A DNA stretch of 64,000 nucleotides, taken from NCBI GenBank assembly GCA_964016885.1, contig OZ024752.1, forward strand, positions 744,001 through 808,000. Direction: 5' to 3'. The notes below the pieces were generated by a model, which was not told where the DNA came from, did not search any database, and saw only the letters and a program-made list of their open reading frames with translations. The stretch comes from Eledone cirrhosa (Eukaryota). The number at the start of each line of letters is the position of its first letter. The stretch's first letter is position 1. Positions 26,001-39,500 of this stretch are shown here, one piece after another. The translations under genes were made by a program, and so were the position numbers.

Positions 26001-29000
26001 ATATTATTAAAAGCTAAATTATAGTTTTTATTATAGTTCGCTCAAGAATTCAAAATATACCTAAACCTATTTTTTAGAAATAAAAATGACAACGTTTTGA
26101 AAAAATTAGTATTCTTTATAGTAATATGAAATTTCATAGATTTAATATATAATTCAACATGAATAAATTTAAGAATTAACTAATCTTATGTTAAAAAGCA
26201 AGTGTGTGTTGTATTTATAGAATGCTATTTAGAAACAGGAATAAATACCATCTTACTACTAACATAATGAGTGATTAGAAACTAAGAAAGATTCAACCTC
26301 AAAGTGGTTAGTAGATATGTAGTTAACCCTTTTATATCAAAACCGACCGTGGTTCTATGAAGCAAAACCATCCATTTCAAACAATTCCTATATAAATTTA
26401 TATCTTCCAACATGATATTATATGAACCATATTTTAAGTTATCATATTAGGAACGAAATAATTGATCATTTGAGTGAATCCTTCAAAATTCTGCATTAAT
26501 TAATTGAAAGAGAGTATATTTCATTAATACAGTAATGAAAGGGTTAATCAAATTTGGTTGGCTATGCCCAGGCACTGCTATTAATGCTTATGCTGCATTT
26601 GTTCAGTTTAGTATTGATGCAGCTACCCTCATATGTATCATTGTGGTGTAGGTTTATCTGGAATCTTACACAGTAAAATGTTAAAGTGATGCTTGGTTAT
26701 ATAAATTTATTGAAATCTTTCTACTCCTCACAAAACCCTCATGGTTTTTGGAAAGAGATTGAAAAGTTGATGTCCTTTTCCAAAGATTCCTGGAAGTGAC
26801 TACTTTCCTCAAAATGTGAAAACTGACGCAACATATCCTATCCATTGGGGGGAAATAGAGCACAGTCTGTCTGAGCACTTGGTAGAGTGTGGGAATATAT
26901 GTAAGCAAGATACAGACCCTTGGTTAGTGGTTCTGCTTTAGTACTGACTTGATTTGTGATGATCCATCCAACTCTTGCTAGCAGGGAAAATGGATGTTAA
27001 ATGATGATGATGATTATATCTCTGATTTCACAAAACAGCAATGCTATTGAATGATGCATTAGAGAGAAACTGATTATGTTCTTAGATGAGAATAATTTAA
27101 TAAGTGATACAACAGTTTCCATATAAGTAGAAGCTATTTCAAATAGCATTACAACTAGATGTTAAAATAATTTCTCAACCGATCAAATGTACATGTATTA
27201 TATATGTACTTTAAATATCTAAATATTTAAAAAAGAACATCAGCCTTGGGCTAATATATCACAGTATAACTAATCTCAGCATAGCTGGAAAGAAGTTGCT
27301 ATATGATATTATAAGAGACAAATGTCAAATTGTTGCAGCCAATATTATCTTTCAAGAAGAATCAACAATTCTAAGTGGAATGTTCTGAAGAACTGTCATT
27401 ATTACTTTTAAAATCTCTTTCTGATATATCTATGGTTATTAAAATAGCTTTTAGCATGGACTTTATATGCTAAGTGCCTGGCAAAAAAATGTAGGAATAT
27501 TGTTGAGTTTAAGCTAGCTGACAAATAGTGTGGTTTTTGCTTCATTCTGTAGCAGGACTTTGAGAAATCGTGGGAGCATTGCCAAGATTTATATGTTTGT
27601 TTTGTGTACCTCAGAAAGGCATATGGCCATATTCACTGGATTTGTGGAAGGTTCTGCAAGAGTATGAGATCAATGAACAGCTTCTTGTTGCCTTGAAGTC
27701 CCTATATAAACGCCTTAATATTTTTGTTTAGATAAATGGTGCTAAGTTGAAACCGTTCAATGTGGGTATCGGACTTTGTCAAAGACGCTGATTGTCAGCT
27801 CTACTGCTCATAATCTTCATGAACAGGATTGACATGCACAGCCAGGTTGGAAGTGGTATTAAAATCAGTTGGTGTAAGATCAGTTGGGTAGAATTTATAG
27901 AAGATATGGTGTTACTTAAATCATTCAGATTTCCAACATGCAGTTGATAGGTTTGCTGTTAAGTGATGCATTGCTGAAACGAAAATCTCTCAAGAAAGCC
28001 TGTGCAGTGCCCTTTGCATGTGAGTGGTATTACACTGAAGTAGGTGGAGAAGTTCAAGTATCGCAGGGCCATTTTCATAAGTGATTGAAGGCTGGACGCT
28101 TAATTAAATGCATACATTTTTGGAGTTGGTGTAGTAATATGCCAGCTTCAGCACCTGGTCCTCAGAAAAAGGGAGGTAGAAGTAAAAGCCAAACTCACTA
28201 TCTTCAATTCAGTATTCGTGCCAACTGTTACCTATCTTGACTAATGACCAAAAGAATACAATCATGAATACAAGCAACCGAAATGGGGTTCCTCTGAAGG
28301 GTCTTTGGAATAACATTACTCAGTAGAGTGTATAGCTCAGTGATGAGGGAGTCACACTAGATAGAGCTGCTGCTTCTCTGAATCAAAAGACCACAGCTCC
28401 AGCAGTACAGACATGTAATTAAATTGTCTAAGGAAAGAATCACTGGACAGATTTTATTGACAAAGCCAACTGACAGGAGAGCCAAAAGGAAATCACAAGC
28501 AAGATAGTTGGATAACATCCATGGGCTTTGTTGGTCTACCTCCAGAATTCAGTTAGATTATTGGGAGATAGTTGATTCCGATAGGACCTTTTGGAAAGTG
28601 TATCTGAGGACTCACAACAGAAATGACAAAGACTGTAAGGGCTGGTGCTATGGTGTACTGGTGAAGATCTGGTCAACAGCAAACAATATGGCCTGTTTTA
28701 TGCATGTGGGCCCAACACTCCTTAGAAGCTATCCTCACTCTCACTACACCTGTACCCCACCCATGCCCATTCTAGCATTCATTAGCTGCTGCCTCCATCT
28801 AAAGCCCTTAGATACCTATTCCACCTGAGTAGCTTCTCTCTTCCTCCTATGCACCCATCCACAACACTTCCCCTTCCCAGCACTGGGGAGTTCCACCCCT
28901 ACCCCAGCATAACGACCAAACCATCCACGCCCCCACCACCTTTACCAATTCAGTATTTTTCATCACTACATACCTATCCCCATTAATCACCCAGTCGAAT

Positions 29001-30500
29001 CACACTATTCTGGCCATAACGTTGTACTTCTCTCCTGCCTATTGCCCCCACCCCACAGAGCAGAGGGCCAAACACTTCTCTAGCCTTGGTGCCATGTAAT
29101 GCACTTGGCAGATCCTGTAAGGGGGCTGCAAAAGGATGGGCACCTGTAGAAACGATGCCTAAAAAAGAAAAGGGTTGAGAAAACCCTTCAGTCATGTCAG
29201 TGCAACATCTTCTCTATTATTGGTGATCTACATGATAAACACACCCAGTACATACTGTAAAGTGCTTGGTGATAGGACGGGCATCCAACTATAGAAAGCT
29301 TGCCAGAAGATTTGGAGGACCCTTCAGTTGTGTCAAATACATGACAACCTCTCCTGTGCACTCAGTAGAATGTGAAACCATGCATAAGCAAGATGCAGAC
29401 CCCACTCCATAGTCTGTCTGGAAGGTCAGTAGCTCTGCTTCAGTACTGATAGGTCTATGTTTAACCCTTGCTAGCAGGCAAAGTGGATGTTAAACGAGGA
29501 CGATGATGAGATAGTTAATTAACCCATTGTTTTACAATCATTAAAAAAATAAAAAAATCCTCGATTAGGTAGAATACTAATTTGTAAATGTATATATATA
29601 TCATCATCATTTTACGTCCACATTTCCCTGCTTGCAAGCTTGCAAGGGTGGGGTGGGTCCTATTCAGCACAGCATCCCTCCATTCATCACGGTCCTTCAT
29701 CATCGCCTCCGTGAGCTTCAGCAATCTGAGGTCAGCTCTCACCACCTCCGCTCATGATTTTCGTTGTCTTCCTCTACTGTGTCTTCCTTCTACTGGGATT
29801 TCTTGGCACTTCTTTACCCAACAGTCATCCTCCATGTGCATCACATGTCCATACCAACACAGTCTTCTCTCCCGCACACTACAGCTTATCCCTCTTATAC
29901 ACAGTTTCTCTCGCAAGTCGTCTATTCTTAGTCGTTCATGCACATTGACATTGCACATCCAACGGAGCATGCTTGCTTCATTTCTCTAGCCATCACATCT
30001 CCTCCACGGTTGCTGCCCATGTCTCACTACCATGCAGCATCGTGCATCTCACACAAGCATCATATAACCGGCTTTTCGTTTGTAGGGAGAAACCTTTCTT
30101 TGTCAACAGAGGCAGCAGCTCCCTAAACTTCTTCCAACCCATCCTTATTCTAGATACTATGGCCTCGGAGCACCCTCCACCCTTGCTAATCTGATCACCA
30201 AGGTACCGGAAGCTATCAACCACCTCTATAGATCCTACCTGCATTTGAAAAATGTGTCTATTACTGTGACTTCTACTGTCAAATTTCCCTGAACATCTAC
30301 TGCATATGTAGTTTTCCCTACCTGTTAGTTTGCCTGCTATCCCACTACATCTCTTGTGTACCCAAGATCTGCATTGTCTACATTTTATAGAATTTATGCC
30401 AACTCGTTTCTACATTTCGAACATGGCCATTTCCTTGATGGAAATATATATATATATATTATAAACACAAATAACCAGACTAGACATGTTTCATTTGTAT

Positions 30501-30534
<34 letters not shown>

Positions 30535-33500
30535 TATAAAAATGGCAATATATATATATATAAGATTCTTTGTCTGTCTGTCTTTTTCCTTATTCATTCT
30601 CAAATGGCTCGACCAAATCAAATTAAATGTTATAAGGTAATAGACCCCGGGATTAACAACATGTAATTTTTATTTTCATTTGGATTAAAACAATATAACA
30701 TTTTATCTAAAATATTCAACTATAGTCAACTATAATAAACGGACATTTTATAACACTATGACGACGACAATGACATCACATTTTGTATATGAGTGGGTAT
30801 GTGTTTGTGAGTGTGTTTTTACACATTTCCTATGTACGTTAGGCCTTAGTAAGTTACATACACATACATCTTCATGAAAATATTTAATCAGGTACACAGA
30901 GAATTAAACACACACACGTGATGACAAATAAGTATATGTGTTGAGTGTATGTGTGTGTGAGTATACATACATATCTGTGATAACTGACATAACGAAACCT
31001 GGAGGTGAAACTGTGTGTGTTTGTATGAATATATGTCTGTGTGTGTTTTTTTATAAGTGTATGTTTGTGTGAGTGTATGTGTGGCTGTACATGGGTGAAA
31101 CTCTGTGTGTGTTTGTATGAATGAATGTCTGAGTGTGTTTTTTATAAGTGTATGTTTGCGTGAGTGTATGTGTGCTTGTTCGTTTATATTTATATTCTCA
31201 TCCTGTTAAATTAGCAGCTGATACATTTGCTTATATTTGGTTAATTTATACTGCATACAAAAATAGTAATTAATATATATTTCTTTTGGATGTTGATACT
31301 TATTTGTTTACAATATTGAAAAAAATGTTTTTATTCTAAAAATTCCTCTCATACCTATTTGAATTTAAGAGGCTTCAGTTTCCAGTCAAACTAAGTTTTG
31401 TTATTTCAATTAACAAATCTTAGGGTCAATCCCTCCAGGTAGTTGGACTTGATCTCTCTACTACATGTTTCTCCCATGGTCAACTTTATGTTGGTTTCTC
31501 ACGAGTTGGAAGCAGCAACAATTTATTCATTTGGACACCAACAAAAAATTACACAATGAATATTGTTTACCCAGAGGTGCTTCAAGATTGACAGATTTTC
31601 ATTTCTATATTCTATTATCATTACAATTCTGATATTTGTTTTTATAAAATATAGATATTTTAAAATAATTATGAGAAAAAAAAATATCTTCATATTTATT
31701 GTTTACCAATCTGGATAAGAACAGCTGTAATCCGGGCAAAGCTGGGTCGTTCAGCTAGTATATATATATATATTATAAAAGATATATTAGTAAAATTAGT
31801 AAATATTAGTAAAAAAAAAAAAAGCTATTCCTACAAACCTCTGCACAAGATTCACAGACATGATTCATAGGAATGTCATTTTCTGACAAGATCTTGAAAC
31901 AAACAGCATGTTGCCAATAGTTACAGATGTCACAAAGTATCATCAAACCATCCTCCTGCAAAAAAACAAAAAGTAATTGTATTATAGTGATATCTCAGTT
32001 TAAGGTGAATTTAGACTCGTTAACATGTGGGAGTTCAACACTTACATGATAGCATGTTTCACTGTAAGGTGAATTTAAATTCTTGTTAACATGTGGGAGT
32101 CCAACACTCACATGATAACATCTCACTTACATACAATCTCAAGTCCTACTGATTACACAGAAGATGTTGACAAATGAAACGTCCTCCCAATCATTTGTTT
32201 AGCAAGCTTTCTACAGCTGGATGCCCTTCCTATTACCTAGGGTAGTACGCAATGCGTTTTCAGATTCAGAGTTGGTACAGTACTTAGTAAAATAGCAACA
32301 GAGACTTATTCTGTCTCAGTTGGCCAGCAAGCTTCTTCAGCAAACACCTACTGTGTGTTGGACCTCCATTGGTTTTGGCGACAAGTGTTCCAGTTGATTT
32401 GATCAACAGGACAGTTTGGTCAGTGACTGAGCATTCCACAGACACATGTACTATTAGCATAGTTCTCAGGGAAGTTTAACATGATACAGGGTTTGACACA
32501 GCTGGCTCCTTTGAATTCCAAATACAACTCATTTTTACCAGCTGAGAAGACAGGAGCAACATGAAATATTGTGTCTTTCTCAAGGAAACAATGTGCTGCT
32601 AAGAATCGAACTCATGATTTTACAATTGTAAATCTATCATCCTAAAAACTAAGCCATGGGACTTCTTCAAAACACCTGCTACATTAGCCATTACCATTCC
32701 ATCTTTGTTCAGCCATTGTGTATAGGAAAGACTACGTTATACAAATGAATCTTTTTGGTTTTAAGATGGTAGGGTGTGACTTTGAGAGAGATTTGGTTGG
32801 TATTTCTAGCAACCATGAAGTTATGAGTGTCCATTACTAGAAAAATACTGAAAATATACTAGAAAAAATAAAAAATAAAGTATCTTTAGCATTTCTTTTA
32901 CCTGATTATAACCACATGGGCAGTTTTGAACATCAAGATTGTTATTGGCTTTAACAGGTTTCTTAGAAGGACCTAAGGAAAAAAATGTTTTTGATATAGG
33001 AATTTTTATTCTAATATAGAAATTGAATACAGAAAAATGCATATAGTAATTATGAAACGAATTGTATTAATCTTGTGGTAAGATCAACAATGTTTTCCAT
33101 TTGCTCATACTATATAAAAAGACAAAGAGAAAAAAAAAGATGGAATAATTAGAGCAAAATTGAATTGAGGAGGAGGTACAGATGACCAAAAACGTCATTA
33201 AGAAGATCACAGAATGTGTGATGAAAGAACTTTGCCAATTAAAAGACCATTTGGTTGCTAAACCAAATGATGAATGAATTAGTTATCTGACTAATAACAG
33301 TTTCTAATTTAGGACCAAGGCTAGCAATTCATGGGGAGGGGACAGTTAATTATATTTACCTCAGCATTTTACTGGTAGGATGACCCAGAAAAATGAAAAA
33401 CAAAGTTGACCTCAGGAAGACTTGAATTTAGAATGTAAAGAGCAGGAAGAAATGCCACATATGATTTTACTTAACGCTCTAACTATTCTGCCAATCCACT

Positions 33501-36500
33501 TCCTTTAGTTGCCAGGCTAATAATGTTTTCTGATTTTGGGGAGGGGAAAGTCGATTAAATTGACACCAGTACATTTCTGGTACTTTATTTTATATTGCCT
33601 TTCATCAAAGGCAAAGCTAACCTCAGAATGTAAAGGGTCATAACTCTATGCCACAAGGTGTGTTGTCCAATGCCCTACCATACTGCGAATCCACCACACT
33701 CATCATCTTAGTAATAATAATTGTTTCTACTTTTTGCACAAGGCCAGCAATTACCCCAGTGCATAACTGGTGCTTTATTTTATCGGCAAAGTTAACCTCA
33801 AGGGGATCTGAACTTAGAACACAAAAGGCCATAACTCTATGCTGTGTCATGCTCGTAGTTGAACAGTAGTGTAAATAACATGGGGTTGAGAAGATTCTAA
33901 GTGCTACTGAGAACATAACCTCTGTAATGCTGGTGCAATGAAAATAGCTACAACAAATCAAGCATAAATCTAACAAACAGAACAAAATTGGTTTCCTAAT
34001 AGATGCATACAACTAAAGGATCTAGTACATGAAAGGATTTGCTCTGTTTAAAGTTACTAAAAATAAGTTTTTAAAAATACAGAAATATTTACCAAATGAA
34101 CTATCCAAATTTGATTTAGAGTATGTCGGATCAATGTGAAATTTTCCTCCTTGCGTGTTACTTTCATTTATGAGCTGAAAAATAAATACAAAAAATTCAT
34201 TAATATATAGAAATCAATTATTTTACATGAAAATAATCTGACCTAAATTATTAGAATTACACAACAGTATAGACATCAATATCATCAACATCACCAATTT
34301 ATGTCTATTTCCCATGTGTGCATGATTTTTATATATGTTCTGTTTGGATTTGTCTTTTGAATATTATTAGAGACTGCATATGATAACCTGGATAGAAAAG
34401 TCTATTTCTAATCCCAGTTTAATGGCAGTAAGGCCTCAGCTACAGATAGTTCTTTTGTAGTTCCAATGCAAGTGTATGAGTATTTCACTATAATTATTTT
34501 GGACCAATTCCGACAACCCTGCCTTGGAATTCTTGGTCCCTGTACCACCTTGTTACTCACAACTATCAGTTGGTCACTAGCATGAGGGAGCTCCACAAGT
34601 GGGAAAAGCTATTTCAATATATCTTACTTGCTATCCTCTTGGTCAAAGGTTCTCAACGGGGGCATATGCAGCCCTAGGGGCGTTTCGGAAATCCAGGGGG
34701 GCGTTTGGGAGCAAGGGGGCATTAGGGGGGGGGGGGCGTTTGGAGCTTTGGAGTGCACTGGAAGGCTCTTTACTTTGGTAAGTTTTATAAGCCAAGTTTT
34801 ATAAGTTTTATAACCATTTGTATGTCTTTGAGACAGCCAGTGTGAATGCATTTGAATGAGCATGCAGACAGCATAACTATGGTCTGACCGCAGTTGTGAG
34901 CAGGTGTGCAGGCGTGTTTAGACATTAACCGGCAATTGAGATCCTAACAATGGAAAAACCCACAGTCAACTGGGTCAAGGACACTTCAATCGCAGCCAGT
35001 TAGAATCTTGTCTTTCCTTCACCGATAACAATGTATTTCATGTCTGAAATTATTGACTCAACTGTAACGAGTTAACACTATGTAGATCTATTTTATTTCC
35101 TATCGTATAGATAATATTACAAATAAAAAAAATAAAAAAAACACAGAAGCGGGTAGCACACACATCTAGGACCACATACAACACATAATCAGATAATACT
35201 CACATCTAGGACCACATACAACACATAATCAGATAATACACACATCTAGGACCACATACAACACATAATCAGATAATACACACATCTAGGACCACATACA
35301 ACACATAAGCAGGTAATACACACATCTAGGACCACATACAACACATAAGCAGGTAATACACACATCTAGGACTACATGCAACACATAAGGAGGTAGCACA
35401 CACATCTAGGACCACATACAACACACAGGCAAGTAATATATACATTTAGGACCACATACAACACATAAGCAGGTAATACAAACATCTAGGACCACATACA
35501 ACACATAATCAGGTAATACAAACATCTAGGACCACATACAACACATAATCAGGTAATACATACATCTAGGACCACATGCAATACATAAGCAGGTAATACA
35601 TACATCTAGGACTACCTACAACACGCAGGCAGGTAATACATACATCTAGGACCAAATACAACACACATTGTATCATGTGCTACGGACGACGCTAGAGCAA
35701 TGGTCAGCCAACATAAGGGTTTCGTCAGTCTTCTGAAGAGAGAAATATCTGTATTTGTTGTTCATTGTGTCATTCATCGACAACACTTGGCTGTGAAGAA
35801 ACTCAGCAAGCCACTGAGCAAGTCCTTGCAGGTGGCCCTTGATGTCATCAATTTTATCAAACGGCATTCCCTCAATGAACAAATTTTCCGGCAACTGTGC
35901 CAAGATAATGACGAAGAATTCGTCAAGTTGCTCCTTCATAATGAAGTGAGGTGGCTTTCAAAGGGCAACTGCCTTACTCACTTCTTTGAACTGTTTGACT
36001 CTATCATTGAGTTTCTGCGAGGACGCAACACAGAACTGTACAAGAAAACCCTCGATGTGAGGCAAAACTGTGCCTACCTCACCGACATCGTCAACAAATG
36101 CAATAGCATCATTTTGGCTTTGCAGGGGAAGAAGATCACCTTGCTTAAAGCAAGGAATGCTGTGAAAACATTCCTGGCCAAATCGAATGTCATCGAAAGG
36201 AATCTTTGTTGACAGGAATTCTATAATTTTCCTAGTGTCGCCAATGTTCAAAACATTGTAAGCGATGACCAACTCCAAATTTATACCGCTCACCTCCGTG
36301 CGCTACAAGACAACATGAGAGAACGGTTTGTCGACCTTTTGCCGATGGACATCCCAATGTGGGTAGCAGATCCCTTCATAGCTAACGTCGATGATTTGGA
36401 CGTTATATTTCAGGAAGAATTCATTGAACTTCAAGCAGATGACATGATCAAAATTAGATTTCCCAAAATAGGTGAACCCCTTTTTTGGATACAAGAGCAA

Positions 36501-39500
36501 ATTTAGCGTCGATTTCCACACCTACATGCAGAGGCTAAGAGATTTGCTCTGCCTTTTCCAAGCTCATACTTAGTCAAGAGGAGGTTTGGTGCTGTTTCCA
36601 GACTGCACAGTAAGGCTCACAACCGCTACAATGTAATTACATGTGGAGATCTCCGGCTACATCTTACGAAAAATCCAACCTGACGTCAAAGAGTTAGCTA
36701 GACTCCATAAAGTTCAAGGGTCCCATTGAAATGAGGTCAAAGTTAAAGTAAGTTGATTTATCTGAAAACTTAGATATGCTATTGTTACAAAACAAACTAA
36801 CAATTTTTTATATTTGTAGTTGCAGTCTGACTGGACTGGAAACCATCTACTACAATTCACTTACTCATTTGTTGTATATATTTTACCATTTATTAATAAA
36901 TATACCCTCCCACGTGGTCATGAAAACCCTCTTCCGTGGTCCCTAAGTTCACAAAGCAGAGGGGACATCAAGTTAGATATCAACATTTATTCTGTCTGTT
37001 TCATTAAAGGGAAAATTGGAAAGCTTTGAAATGATATAATTGCCACTTTCTTCCAGATAAGAGCACTCTTTGGATAGACAGAGTTGCTCTTGTATAAATG
37101 TTCAAAATAGTTGGTATCGCCTGGTGGGAATATAACAAATTCAACTGGTCCTTATTCATAAAAAAGAACATTTATGTTCCTTTTTTTTAAATTTATATAT
37201 TTCCTTTCAAGGAATGTATTTATACTCTCAGCTGCCTGCAATGGTATCTTTGGAATATTGTTAATCAATTTTTTAGTAATCTACAGATATCAAAATCAGT
37301 AGTATATTGAAAAAATAGAAAAATAGGGTAGGGGGGAGGGGGGGGTTGTGATTTCGAGGGACAAAAGGGGGCGTTTGGCCTAAATGGGTTGAGAACCTGT
37401 GCTCTAGGTAATGCTTTTTCCATTCTGTCCATTGGGAACGTACAGCAGCATTTGCCTGGAGTTCTACATGTCAGAGAACATTCTCTCACACTGTCTGGGC
37501 TCATATCATTGAGGTAGTGATGGTATGGGTTCCTGATATCTAAGTTTATATTTAAAATATGTTTGACAATTCCACAATGCTACATCAATCTTAAAGGGGT
37601 TATTAGACACCTTTCTTAATTTGTCATGATTCACTAGCTCTATACAGACATTTATTGTGGGTACTGGGTTACCATAGGCCTGATTAAACAAATTACTTCC
37701 TTTCTTTTTTTAAAAACCAGAACTTCATCTGTGACAATATCCTAAACTTCTAATGAAATGTGCAAACAGCACCATAATAGTAAGTTTGGTTAGTAGAAAT
37801 GATAGGTGAGGGAGAAGTGCAAGATTTGTGATGTAGTGTGTATATGAACTGTAAAAGGTCAATAGATTCCACATCATTTTAGCGAATGTGAAATGAAAAG
37901 GATTCACAATTTCAAGACTTGGTATTTAGTATATTAAGAATCATATACAGCCTTAGTAACACTGTTTCCGTGGTAAAGAAAGTTCAGCACCCACTGTATA
38001 CTCAGAATATTAAGGAAAATGTATAATCCTGCTCAGATGTTCACCAACTTCAATGAATGTATAACAGAACATTGTAACCGACTACATTACATTAGCATAT
38101 CATAACTACTTCCTATCCAATCAGAAAAAAAGTTGTAAAAGGTTCATAAACTACACAAAATAACATTAATATCCTACTTCCATATATGGAAGAGGCTTAC
38201 TAAAATTTCATCATTTACTAATATATATAAATCAATAATCAAATTTTTACATTTATGATTTTTTAAATTATAATATAAAAAGAATATCAGTTCTATTGCT
38301 TAATCTAATACAAATGAAAAGTGCTATGATTCAATTAGTAAAAATAAGATATATAATCTATATGAAAGAAATAATAAAGTTCTGCTTGAAATTTAAATTT
38401 TCACCCAGCTCACAAAATAATATTCTGCTTTGAGTAGAGGATGGCATTGCCAACTGGCCAGACTCTCCTCATAATAAGACCACCCAACTCCATACTGTAA
38501 TTATGGTTGGCATTAGGAAGGGAATCCAGCAGCCATAAACACCCAGCCAAAACATGGTCCCACTATGTGCAAGGTATGGCATGGTCAATTGGTCAGACTT
38601 GTCCCATAATGATGCCACCTAGTTCCACACTGTAAACGTGTTTGGTGTTAGGAAGGGCATCCAGCAACTGTAAAAATCTAGCCAAAACATGGTCCTACTA
38701 TGAGCAAGGTACAGCACAGCCAACTGGCCAGATCTCCATCATAATGGGACCACCCAGCTCCCAAAATAAGGTTCCGCTATGAGCAGGGTATGGCACAACC
38801 AATTGGTCAGATTTGTCTCTCAAAGGGACCACCCAGTTCCACTCAGTAAATGTGGTCGGTATTAGGAAGAGCATCCAGATGTAAAAAAACCCTGCCAAAA
38901 TACAGTTCTGTTTGAGCAAGGTACTACGCAACCAACTGGCTAGACTTGTATCTTAATCTGGATGACCTATCTAACCCATGCAAGCATAGAAAAATAGAAA
39001 TCAAACGATGAGGATGAGGATGATGGTGATGATGATCAACAATTTAAAATTATGATTATGTGAAAACATTTAACCTTTGTAGAATTACAGCTTTTCCCTA
39101 ATGTGTTTTCTATGTTATCTTTTTCTTCAAACTGTTCTTTATTGGTTTTAATTCTCAGTTTAATTCTGAAAAGATAACATAAAACTAAAATGTTATTCAT
39201 ACTATATCATTAAGTAAATGTCAAAGTAATAAAAGATGTTGAGTGTATAATAAATATAGAAACAGTTCACAAGCTTGTATTAAAAAATGTGAGCATTATT
39301 AAAGTAAATATTGCAATTAACATTATTAAAGTAAATATTGCATGTAACATTGGGGAATTGGCAGCATAGTTACGTCCCCTTACGATATGAGTTCAAATCC
39401 AGCTGAGGTTAACTTTGCCTTTCATCCTTACGGGGTCAATAAAATAAAGTACCAATAACGTACTGGGTAATTGCTGGCCTTGTGACAAATGTAGAAACAA

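Larger units (their letters stand above)
34644..37401 (+). mobile_element. hAT DNA transposon (Buster/Charlie group), 2758 bp, defective
   Basis: TIRs CA(A/C)AGGTTCTCAAC at both ends; 8-bp TSD ctcttggt (34636-34643) / ctctaggt (37402-37409); GC-rich subterminal GGGGGCG motifs. Confidence 0.93.

Noticed and set aside
35141-35667. CRISPR-like regular array
   Set aside because: Units are contiguous near-identical 40-mers with no unique spacers, no cas genes, and eukaryotic context
35700-36212. Domesticated ZBED8/SCAND3-like host gene
   Set aside because: Inside TIRs with TSD, N-terminus missing, in-frame stops
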